DNA of 64,000 bases from a virus. Shown one piece after another: positions 18,515 to 27,915 of the stretch. The stretch lies in IMG/VR virus record IMGVR_UViG_3300025705_000581. One strand, written 5' to 3'. Positions within the stretch are counted from its first letter, which is position 1; each line of letters begins with the position of its first letter. The position numbers and the translations under genes were made by a program. The notes beneath the pieces were generated by a model that ran no database searches, had not been told where the DNA came from, and saw only the letters and a list, made by a program, of their open reading frames with translations.

Positions 18515-21500
18515 TTATTCTTTATTGCTCATGAGCATTGTAACCATTTCTGTCAATTTGTCAATGGCTTTTTTCTGCTCATCTATTTGCTTTTGTTGTT
18601 TATTTATTGTTTCCTGCTGCTCTTTTGTTGACTCAATAAGTAGCCCAACCATGTTACCATAGTTAACTGCTTTACGTTTACCACCGCCAGCATCATTTGG
18701 ATCGAGCGTGTCAATCTCATAAACAATACCTGGTAAAACTTTTTCAACTTGTTGAGCGATAACGCCGGTATGTCGGCCATCACGGTCGATATATTTATAA
18801 GTGATACCATCAAGTGACATTACCTTTTCAACAGCATTATCAATAACTTCAATATCTTCTTTATAGCGGATATCTGAGAAATCAACATATGCTGTAATAT
18901 TCTCATCACACTGAATAGCACCATAAGAATTGATCCCATTCATTAATGACGTGCCGGCGGGATTAGTGTAATAAGTTGTATCGTTTATGTCATAGAATAT
19001 CGGTCCACGGAACGAACTACGAGCTTCAAAGTATGACGAACGAGTTCTGCCTTCCCAGGTACCATTGTAGTAAATATATGTAATGTAGTCTTCGTCAGCA
19101 TAGATAATTGCTTCGCCATTGTCATGGTACATTGAGAAAATAGAACCATCATCATCCCAATAATGCCGTCCACACGCAGTACCGTTCGAGTCACGGTAAT
19201 AAATTTCACCGTTGTCGTCGTTGTTAGAACGAATACTCATAGTGTTACTATCGTCGTCGTAAATATCCCAACCATCATTCATAGAATAAATGTTGGCGTT
19301 AATGCCATTCATACGTGAAGTTGATGCTGGGTCAGTGTAATAAGTTGTATCGTTTTGGTCATAGAAAATTGGAGCACGGAATGACCCGCGTGCTTCAAAA
19401 TAGCCAGATCTTGTACGACCTTCCCAAGTACCGTTATAATAAATGTAGGTAATATAATCTTCATCAGCATAGATAATTGCTTCACCATTATCGTGGTACA
19501 TTGAGAAAATTGATCCATCATCATCCCAATAGTGTCTACCACAGGCCGTGCCATTACTATCACGGTAATAAATTTCACCATGGTCGTCGTTGTTAGAACG
19601 GATGTTGAACGTGTCGCCATCATCGTCATAAAGATCCCAACCGTCATTAAACTCAAGGAAGTTAATTAGGATTGAGTTGAAACGTGAAGTTGATGCAAAG
19701 TCTCCGTAATAAGCACTGTCGTTTGAGTCGTAATAACGGCCTGCATACATTGATCCGCCGTTTGTACTGTTTTCATCAAGTACAGGAATTGTTCTCCAAG
19801 ATCTAAACGAACTACCCCAAGTTGAGCGGAACCGAAGGTTTGTAATCGGACCACCGACCATTTGCCAACCATAACGGTTGCTACCGTTTGAGTAGTGGTA
19901 TGCTTGAACACCAACCCAGTGAGATGTACCTGAAGGCTGGTTACCAGGGTTTGACCATGAGTCAATAAATCCTGAACCCCAGTCAGCAACAGCGGTGGTC
20001 ATATCCTGGGTGCCCCAACCCATGGCGCCTGTCCAATAGTCGGAGTTACTTGTAATACGAATACGAGCACGATAGTATTCACCACTATCACGAGTATGCC
20101 CAGGCATTGATAGGTAAGACATTGTTTGGTAGTCTACACCACGGAAACGAGTAGAGTTTGTTGAACCGCCGTTAAACATACCAAAGGTATCATTTGAGTC
20201 ATACCATAATTGGCCGCGTGCCGATGAACCTTCAAACAGACCGTAGTCAGCGCTAACAATTCTAAATCTCCAACTTCCACCGTTATTAAGGAAACCAATG
20301 TTGTTGCCATTATTGGCATACACATAGCCACGAGTGGTACCACCATACTCATCTCTAAACCTAATACCGTTTGCGGCTGAGCCGCCACCGATGTTCCAAT
20401 AATCGTCATCATCAGAATAAAAATGCTGTCCTGTGGCTTGGTTATAAAGGCCTTCGCCAGAGTTATCATTACGGAACCAATTACGAGCATAGAATTCGTT
20501 GGCACGAACACCTGTGTTAAAGTTAGAGAAGTCTGATGGATCACAATAATAACCAGTGTTGTTACTATCATAAAAGATTGGTGCTCGGAGTGATCCTGAT
20601 GCTTGCGTTACACCGTCATTTCTTGCTTGGAATACCCAAGTGTTTGTAATAGCGCCTGCCCCGGCACCGTGTTGACCGAGGTATATACCAGCTTCGTTTC
20701 CGTTATTATTATTTGAGTCGGCGTTAAAATAGAAGTTGTGATACGAGTTAAATCTCAAATCATCAGATATCCCTCCGCTACTATCACGCGATGTAATTGA
20801 ATGGTTATCTGAATCATTACCATAGAATGTGATAAAGTCTCCACGGTCACGCATATCAAGCCTATCAGCACGAATTGTAACCATTTCGGATGTGGCATTT
20901 GGATTTACAAAGTAGCCTGTGTTATTACTATCATAAAAGATTGGTGCTCTTAGTGATGAGCCAGCTTGTAAGCTATTATTAACATAGACGTTATTTCCAC
21001 CTAAAGGATCAGAACCGTTATTGACTGACATAACCTGAGTAGCCATTGTATAGTCATCGTAGAAACGCATACCTTGATACCCAGAGTTTGCACCAAACTT
21101 AATACCAGTATGGAAAGCAATTCTTACATCAGGGTATGGGTTAGACCAACCACCAGCTTCACGGTAAATTGCGTATGCGGTAGATCTTCCTGAATCCCAA
21201 TACATACCAAACCCATCATCTGAAGTTACTGAACCGTCATTGGTAAAGTAATTGCCTCGGACGACGTTCATTCTAGTGGTTGAGGCTGGGTCTACATAAT
21301 AACCGGTGTCATTTCGGTCATACATAATCGGTGTATCAATTCTTGAATTGAACAACGTCTGACCGTCGCCACGCATAATAACATTCCATGCACCACCTAC
21401 ACCGCCATCGCGGAATGAGATATCCTCACCACCTGATGTTGCAATAATTAAGTGAGCGTCATTTGTTTCTGTGGCTTGGATATAACCACGGGTGGATCCT

Positions 21501-24500
21501 GTTGATGTTTGGAAATGAGCAATACCACCACTAACATGGTATGTGGTATTAACATTAATTTGGTTCATACGTGAAGTTGATGCAAAGTTACCATAATAAC
21601 CTGTATTATCTAGGTCATAGAATATCGGTGCACGGAACGAACCGTTTTGTGATACATATCCATCTGAGTTATAAAGACGGTGACCGTATGTTAGTTTCCA
21701 ATGTTTTGTTGGATAAGAGTCATTACCACCTAATGCAACATACATCCCGGTATCATTATCACCCCAACCACTTGCTCTTTTATAAAGACCCACGTTCATA
21801 TGAGTTCTATAACCTGAGTTATACAAAGCAGTTGTATGTATAAGTGGTAAGAACGTATCTGTTGTTCCTACATTTGTATCACGGTTTCTTGTTGAAATAG
21901 GAGCATTTGTTAAGCTTGTAACGACGGTTGCATCATAATCTAATACGTTATCAATATACATAATACCGTTGAATGTCGCTGTACTTGCAGTACTTAGTGC
22001 ACCATTCAGCGTTAAGTTATTAAATACTGAGGTACTCGCCATGTTTGCGTAGTAGCCTGTATTATCTTGGTCATAGAAAATTGGTGCTCGGTAAGAACCG
22101 CGAGCTAGCATATAACCGCTTGCTGATTGTTCTTCCCACTGACCATTATAATACAATTCAGTACGGCCATTGTCAAACCATCTTGTCATCCATTCGTTGC
22201 GTGTATCGTTATAGATACCTGCTTCTCCTGAACCATTTGACATAAAGACCCAGTCATCACGGATTGCGTAACCAGCCCAAGTACTTGTTTTATCACCTTC
22301 AACTCTAATTGAACCGTACTCACCTGACGGTGAGTCAATTATGTATTCCGAACCATCAAGCTGAATTTGATTAACACGAATAACATTCATACGTGAGGTT
22401 GATGCAAAGTCACCATAGTAATCGGTGTTGTCTGAGTCATAGAAAATTGGTGAACGGAATTGAGTAGGAGCGATAGCATAACCTGCTCTTGTTTCCAATT
22501 GTACTACGTTATGCGCATATAGTTTAATCTTGTTGGTGTTACCATTTGATCCATCGTTCTGCGCAACAATAATATTATGAGAACCGCTAGAACCACCTCT
22601 AAGGTGAAGACCGCGATAAGTATTCCAATACATACCATCAAAGCCAGTTGCAGCTGCGCCACGGGCACCAGGTCCACCATAATAATCGTTCCATAGAACG
22701 TGGTTTGAATCAGTACCGCCATTAAACCATATGCTGTTATGTGTATAAGCACGATTTAATTTTAAACCATAATTTCTTATTTCTACATTATGTAAAACTG
22801 ATGAGCTATTAGGATCAACATAATAGTTGCCATCGTCTGCATCAACAAATCTCTGAGCATGGGAATAACGGCCAGTGAATGTATCACCGTCAGACTCAAT
22901 ACGGAAACGCGATGTTCCTGCACCTGTTCCTGTTGTGAAGTGGAGATTACCACCGGTGTTGGTTGTCAAATCATTTGGAGATTCATAAATCTTCCAATCA
23001 TTGCCACCTTTCCAACGAATACCTTCTTGAGGACCTGGATCATTGAATGAAAGATTGTTTAGATTTTCAATTGAACCGTTTGTCCAATCCCAAGAACCTG
23101 CAACCTTACCACCCGAGGCAGGGTTCATAAAGTAAGCAGTATTATCTGTATCTCTAAAGTTACTTGCATCAACTATATTCATTTTAGATGTGCTTGATGG
23201 ATCAACGTAATAAGAATTATTATCAGAGTCAATCATACTTGCAGCATAAATGCTATCAGGTGTGCGGATACGGTTTTGAATATTTGAGCGTTTTAGAATT
23301 GGTGGACCGTACTCACGAAGAGCACCACCTGTGCTGTAATTCATTAATAGACGGATACGAATGTATTTACAACCTGCGCCATCAGAACCATCATAAACTG
23401 TATGACTTGTTGGGATTGTTGTATATCCACGGTATGTTTGCCACGAAGTAGATGTTTGGTTTTGGTTACTTGCAACAAAGTATGTTGTACCAGTATTACT
23501 AGTAATAGGCTTTTTATCTTTATCAAATCGTTCGATACCATAATATACAACACCGCCTGAGCCAGATATTGTTCTTACTGAAATCTCACCGTAAATTTCT
23601 TCACCAGGTTCAACAGGAATATAGTCAGAATAGAAATCACGGTATCCCGATGTTCTTAGTGCGTAACTTGCAGAGAATGGGCCGTTACCGTTTTTAACGT
23701 ATTCACTTGTTACAGTAGTCGGTCCATTTTCAGCACCTTGCAATGCTTTGATTGCACGCTTTTCCCAATACTCAGTTCCGTCAAATACCATTGTCTCGGC
23801 CATACCTGGTCCATAAACTGGGTTCAATGATATGTTTTCATTACCTGCGTTTAGGTTATAGTTTGAGGCAGCCATTTCACCATCAATGAGCATATCACCG
23901 TCTTCATTAATACGTGCTCTATCGCCAATACCGTTGAAGTGAATAATAAAGGCATCTCTATCGCCTGATCCTGAATTGTAATTATCGTGGACAAGCCATG
24001 GGTAATTTCCGTTGTTTGCAAACGAGAGGGCGCTGTTACGCAAACCTGCAAGATATCTGTTATTGTGCCAAATTCCTAATGGATATGATCCACCGATATA
24101 GTCACCTTGGTTACCGAGTGCCAATTGGTTCATACGAGATTTTGCATTAAAGTCACCACGATAGGCAGTATCGTCACTATCATAATAAATTGGTGAACGC
24201 ATTTGAACAGGTGCTAAGGCATAACCGACTTCTGCTGAAATTTGGTGAACACCATTTCCATACAAACGAGTCCAACTGTTTCTATCAGCATATAATACCC
24301 ACTCATTATCAGTATCGTTATAAAGACCCATATTGGACAAGCTGTCTGACATAAACACCCAGTCATTTTCAATGGCATAACCTGCGTAACCGCCTTTGCC
24401 ACCTTGTACCATAATAGTACCGTACTCTCCTGATGGTGAGTCAATAATATATGATGTTTGGTCCATTTGAATTTGATTTAGGTGAACAACATTCATACGT

Positions 24501-27500
24501 GAAGTTGATGCAAAGTCACCAAAGTAAGAAATATTGTTTGAGTCAACAAATTTTGGTGCACGCATTTCTCCGGTGTGAGAAATCCTGTCCGCATTAATAA
24601 CTGTATGGTTTGCGCCGTCGGTATAGAATTTATAACCAACATCAGAGTTGAACCACATATGGTCACTCTCAATACCGATTGAGTAATCTCTACCTGATCC
24701 AATAGGATAAAGAATTAATCTTGCACCTGTTGTGGCATCGGTAGTCGTTGGAGCTGTTGGTGTTTCGGTATCAAATTCAATCTGATGCATAACAGACTTG
24801 CCGGCAAAATCACCATAATAGTCATTATCATCATAGTCATAGTATATTGGGAAATAGGCATAAGAAGTTGCGTCAACGGCAAATGCACCACCATCGTGGT
24901 AAGTAGGCTTATTAAAAAAGAACCTAGCACGGTCAGTATCAAAATGCGAATACGTTGCATCCATTGGACCAATATCAACACGACCAGTTGGTGTTGAGAA
25001 TCTATGAGCAGAGTTAGTATTTGGGTTCCAACTATAATCTGTATCGGCGCTATCTTTAAAGATTGGCGCACGGATTTCGTGGTCAATTTGAGCATATGTA
25101 TTATTAATAACAGCACGGCGTGTTCCACCTGTGTAGAATACTTGCTGATCTGCGGCATCAAAACCAAAATAGTTATTTGTATCACCTTTATGGATAATAT
25201 AATCATCAAGCTCAATTTGATTCATTACTGACGTGCCAGCAAACTCACCTTTATAAGCGGTGTCAGTATAATCGTAATAAATTTCGGCATACATATTACC
25301 AGCGGTTGAAATGTTTTTACCGTTACGTACTTTAACGTCATTGGCATCGGTCATATAGAAACCGCCGCCTTGACCAAAACCAAGCTCATTATTTTTAAAG
25401 AACGAGGCAGTACCGTTACCTACAACATAAGCATCATTATCGCTATTTAATTGAACTGATCCGTTGACGTGTAGTTTATTATCTGTATTAGCACCAACAA
25501 GCGGTGTCATATCACCTTGAGTATATTGTGCAGTTTGGTCACCGACAATAACATCACCTGTGCTTGTATCGGCACTTAACGTAAAGTTTGCACTTGAGTC
25601 AATGATGTAGAAACCTGCATCACCTTCCATAACATTGTAAATATTTCTAAACTGGTCACCACGAATGGATAGGTCAGTTGTATCACCATCACTGAAATCA
25701 ACATATCGGTTTGTCGAAGCAAATGGGTTTGGTCCCATCGTAGAAGTTTGTTTAATACTCAATGGTGATGTTGGAGCAACATTAATACCGAAGCTTACAC
25801 CTGTCTGTAATGCAGTTGAACTTGAGTCAAGTGTTTTTACTCCACCTACAACCAATTCAAAATTATCATCGGAGTCATATCCGAAATAAGTATCAGGATC
25901 GCCGTTGTGTTTGATATAATCATTTATGATTACGTTATTCGTAAATGTGGTTGCAGCATCTGTAATTTCAACTCTAACTGCGCCACCTGTTGATAAATCA
26001 ATTTGATCCGTACCAAATGATAGTTTAGTATCGGTATCACCATTATGGAAAAGATCGCTGTCAATTCCAACCGTATTTAATACTGATGTACCTGCAGGAT
26101 CAACAAGATATGCATTGTTGTCAGAGTCAACAAATCTTGGTGCCACTACATCAACTGATGCTGTAACTGCGGTATTAGCAATCTCTAATCTTGTTACTCC
26201 GCCTGTGTCCAAATTAATTGTGTTAGTACCGAATGATAGTTTAGTATCGGTATCACCATTATGGAACAAATCATCGTCCAAGCCGATTGAGTGCAAAACA
26301 GATTCATCACCAGGATGTAGATAATATGTAATTGCATCTCGGTCATAATAAATTGGTGCATAAACAGGTAATGTAAATTCCGCGTCATTATTTGAAAGTG
26401 CAAACCTTGTTGCTCCGCCTGTGTCAAAACTTACGGTGTTTGATCCAAAGTTCATAAACGTATTAGTGTTGCCGTTGTGGAATATTTTCTGGTCAATACC
26501 AACGTCGTGTAGAACCGAGTCACCAGCAGGATCAACAAAATAGCTGTTGTCATCAGCATCTACAAACCTTGGAGCAATTGCATCGCCTGTGCTTGTGATG
26601 GTACCGGTTATTTCTGTTCCTGTTGTGCTTACATCAATTTGCTTTACACCGTTGAGGTATAGTACCCAACTATCATCGGCATCAAAACCAAAATATGAAT
26701 TTAAATCACCATTGTGGCTAACGTAATCATCAATAGATATTGAGGCAAGTACTGACCCGCTCGCAGGATCGACAAGATAAGTATTATCATCGGCATCTAC
26801 AAATTGTTTTGCAACTATGTTATTATCAACAACCCAATCAAAATTTGTATTTAATTGAGCACCATAGTTTTGGTCAGGCTTTAAGAAACCAACCACGCCA
26901 TTGTTTGAATAAAGTACACCGTTTGTACCTGTACCGTCAAGGTTAATTCTTGCCCCACCGACATTATCACCAATAGTTAAGCTGCCTTCAATAGTGATAT
27001 TACCTGTTGCGGTATCATCAGCATCTGAACGAAGAAACTGTTCCGCTTCTAAACCATCAACAGTATCAGCGTCAAATCCATTATTCGCACCTTCGTCTGC
27101 TGTAGTGATAATTCGTCCAAGGTCTGTTCCATCTGAAATAAGTTTAAAATAATCATTTGTTTCGTCCCATTGTAAAGATGAAGTTGATTCATCACCACGA
27201 AGAACTTCCCAACCAGCATTTTCTGATGGCGTACCTGTTGTAAAATTAGAATTAAGAGTAAGAATATTATCAGCAATTAAAACGGTTTCAGTATTTACAG
27301 TAGTCGTTGTACCATTAATTGTTAGGTTACCGGTGATGATATAGTCACCATCCAAAGTATCGTCAGTGTCTGAACGCACAAATTGCGTTGAATCTAAGCC
27401 ATCAAGTAAGTCGGCATCAAGGCCTGATCCTGTACCGTCGTTTCCTGCGTTCCAAAATACGTTACCCAGGTATGTTGGTTCACGTTTGAAATCAATACCG

Positions 27501-27874
27501 CCGCTATCAAACTCCAGATCAACAATATCATTATAAAGAATTTGAATACCAGGTGTTCCATCATAAAATATGATAGAGTTATCTTGACCTGTGTTTGTAA
27601 GTTTATAGTCGCCTGCGGAAATATATTGAATTTCCATTGCGTCTTGTGCTTCACCACGGAACCTTGCAACAATAGGGTTATTGAGAAGTCCTGCATCATT
27701 GAAAATATCAATAGATGGTGTAGAACCAGTCGATTGCTGAACCGTTAATTGTCCTGAAAGTTTACTTGGTCCTGTGACCTGAAGTTTATTTGTACCATCA
27801 TCGGTAGTGGTACCTACAACAACATTATTTTGGGTCTGCAGACCATTCTTTACTATAAATTTCTTATCGGCCAC
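18515..27874 (-). CDS. Very long modular tail fibre with C-terminal intramolecular chaperone (peptidase S74)
   Basis: 3119 aa; many (F/Y)-x-D-x-(D/N)-x2-3-YY-x-(D/N)-(P/F)-A-S-x-S repeats; C-term SDIRYKEDI...GVIAQQVEKVLPGIV...VNYGNMVGLLIE plus coiled coil. Confidence 0.88.
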   Translation of the reverse strand: MADKKFIVKNGLQTQNNVVVGTTTDDGTNKLQVTGPSKLSGQLTVQQSTGSTPSIDIFNDAGLLNNPIVARFRGEAQDAMEIQYISAGDYKLTNTGQDNSIIFYDGTPGIQILYNDIVDLEFDSGGIDFKREPTYLGNVFWNAGNDGTGSGLDADLLDGLDSTQFVRSDTDDTLDGDYIITGNLTINGTTTTVNTETVLIADNILTLNSNFTTGTPSENAGWEVLRGDESTSSLQWDETNDYFKLISDGTDLGRIITTADEGANNGFDADTVDGLEAEQFLRSDADDTATGNITIEGSLTIGDNVGGARINLDGTGTNGVLYSNNGVVGFLKPDQNYGAQLNTNFDWVVDNNIVAKQFVDADDNTYLVDPASGSVLASISIDDYVSHNGDLNSYFGFDADDSWVLYLNGVKQIDVSTTGTEITGTITSTGDAIAPRFVDADDNSYFVDPAGDSVLHDVGIDQKIFHNGNTNTFMNFGSNTVSFDTGGATRFALSNNDAEFTLPVYAPIYYDRDAITYYLHPGDESVLHSIGLDDDLFHNGDTDTKLSFGTNTINLDTGGVTRLEIANTAVTASVDVVAPRFVDSDNNAYLVDPAGTSVLNTVGIDSDLFHNGDTDTKLSFGTDQIDLSTGGAVRVEITDAATTFTNNVIINDYIKHNGDPDTYFGYDSDDNFELVVGGVKTLDSSSTALQTGVSFGINVAPTSPLSIKQTSTMGPNPFASTNRYVDFSDGDTTDLSIRGDQFRNIYNVMEGDAGFYIIDSSANFTLSADTSTGDVIVGDQTAQYTQGDMTPLVGANTDNKLHVNGSVQLNSDNDAYVVGNGTASFFKNNELGFGQGGGFYMTDANDVKVRNGKNISTAGNMYAEIYYDYTDTAYKGEFAGTSVMNQIELDDYIIHKGDTNNYFGFDAADQQVFYTGGTRRAVINNTYAQIDHEIRAPIFKDSADTDYSWNPNTNSAHRFSTPTGRVDIGPMDATYSHFDTDRARFFFNKPTYHDGGAFAVDATSYAYFPIYYDYDDNDYYGDFAGKSVMHQIEFDTETPTAPTTTDATTGARLILYPIGSGRDYSIGIESDHMWFNSDVGYKFYTDGANHTVINADRISHTGEMRAPKFVDSNNISYFGDFASTSRMNVVHLNQIQMDQTSYIIDSPSGEYGTIMVQGGKGGYAGYAIENDWVFMSDSLSNMGLYNDTDNEWVLYADRNSWTRLYGNGVHQISAEVGYALAPVQMRSPIYYDSDDTAYRGDFNAKSRMNQLALGNQGDYIGGSYPLGIWHNNRYLAGLRNSALSFANNGNYPWLVHDNYNSGSGDRDAFIIHFNGIGDRARINEDGDMLIDGEMAASNYNLNAGNENISLNPVYGPGMAETMVFDGTEYWEKRAIKALQGAENGPTTVTSEYVKNGNGPFSASYALRTSGYRDFYSDYIPVEPGEEIYGEISVRTISGSGGVVYYGIERFDKDKKPITSNTGTTYFVASNQNQTSTSWQTYRGYTTIPTSHTVYDGSDGAGCKYIRIRLLMNYSTGGALREYGPPILKRSNIQNRIRTPDSIYAASMIDSDNNSYYVDPSSTSKMNIVDASNFRDTDNTAYFMNPASGGKVAGSWDWTNGSIENLNNLSFNDPGPQEGIRWKGGNDWKIYESPNDLTTNTGGNLHFTTGTGAGTSRFRIESDGDTFTGRYSHAQRFVDADDGNYYVDPNSSSVLHNVEIRNYGLKLNRAYTHNSIWFNGGTDSNHVLWNDYYGGPGARGAAATGFDGMYWNTYRGLHLRGGSSGSHNIIVAQNDGSNGNTNKIKLYAHNVVQLETRAGYAIAPTQFRSPIFYDSDNTDYYGDFASTSRMNVIRVNQIQLDGSEYIIDSPSGEYGSIRVEGDKTSTWAGYAIRDDWVFMSNGSGEAGIYNDTRNEWMTRWFDNGRTELYYNGQWEEQSASGYMLARGSYRAPIFYDQDNTGYYANMASTSVFNNLTLNGALSTASTATFNGIMYIDNVLDYDATVVTSLTNAPISTRNRDTNVGTTDTFLPLIHTTALYNSGYRTHMNVGLYKRASGWGDNDTGMYVALGGNDSYPTKHWKLTYGHRLYNSDGYVSQNGSFRAPIFYDLDNTGYYGNFASTSRMNQINVNTTYHVSGGIAHFQTSTGSTRGYIQATETNDAHLIIATSGGEDISFRDGGVGGAWNVIMRGDGQTLFNSRIDTPIMYDRNDTGYYVDPASTTRMNVVRGNYFTNDGSVTSDDGFGMYWDSGRSTAYAIYREAGGWSNPYPDVRIAFHTGIKFGANSGYQGMRFYDDYTMATQVMSVNNGSDPLGGNNVYVNNSLQAGSSLRAPIFYDSNNTGYFVNPNATSEMVTIRADRLDMRDRGDFITFYGNDSDNHSITSRDSSGGISDDLRFNSYHNFYFNADSNNNNGNEAGIYLGQHGAGAGAITNTWVFQARNDGVTQASGSLRAPIFYDSNNTGYYCDPSDFSNFNTGVRANEFYARNWFRNDNSGEGLYNQATGQHFYSDDDDYWNIGGGSAANGIRFRDEYGGTTRGYVYANNGNNIGFLNNGGSWRFRIVSADYGLFEGSSARGQLWYDSNDTFGMFNGGSTNSTRFRGVDYQTMSYLSMPGHTRDSGEYYRARIRITSNSDYWTGAMGWGTQDMTTAVADWGSGFIDSWSNPGNQPSGTSHWVGVQAYHYSNGSNRYGWQMVGGPITNLRFRSTWGSSFRSWRTIPVLDENSTNGGSMYAGRYYDSNDSAYYGDFASTSRFNSILINFLEFNDGWDLYDDDGDTFNIRSNNDDHGEIYYRDSNGTACGRHYWDDDGSIFSMYHDNGEAIIYADEDYITYIYYNGTWEGRTRSGYFEARGSFRAPIFYDQNDTTYYTDPASTSRMNGINANIYSMNDGWDIYDDDSNTMSIRSNNDDNGEIYYRDSNGTACGRHYWDDDGSIFSMYHDNGEAIIYADEDYITYIYYNGTWEGRTRSSYFEARSSFRGPIFYDINDTTYYTNPAGTSLMNGINSYGAIQCDENITAYVDFSDIRYKEDIEVIDNAVEKVMSLDGITYKYIDRDGRHTGVIAQQVEKVLPGIVYEIDTLDPNDAGGGKRKAVNYGNMVGLLIESTKEQQETINKQQKQIDEQKKAIDKLTEMVTMLMSNKE
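18950..19690 (-). repeat. Tandem duplication of a 123-aa (369-bp) module inside the fibre gene
   Basis: Anchor agataattg at 19102 and 19471 (offset 369); 58-aa core identical in both copies; boundaries approximate. Confidence 0.9.
26016..26266. repeat. 35-bp exact direct repeat within the fibre gene
   Basis: aatgatagtttagtatcggtatcaccattatggaa at 26016-26050 and 26232-26266 (216 bp = 72 aa apart). Confidence 0.85.
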
Positions 27875-27907
27875 GGTTCACTCTCCCCAGTTGGCGTTAT
27901 TTTTATC

Positions 27908-27915
27908 TATTTATA
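27908..27915 (-). promoter_or_regulatory. T4-type late promoter for the 3119-aa fibre
   Basis: Exact TATAAATA overlapping the upstream gene's stop codon. Confidence 0.75.

Noticed and set aside
18792-18799. TATAAATA inside the fibre gene
   Set aside because: Falls in coding sequence (TYKY) about 300 nt from the next start; cannot be distinguished from chance
18950-19690. Possible DGR template/variable repeat pair
   Set aside because: Differences are synonymous and not adenine-specific, both copies are in frame in one gene, and there is no reverse transcriptase in the window
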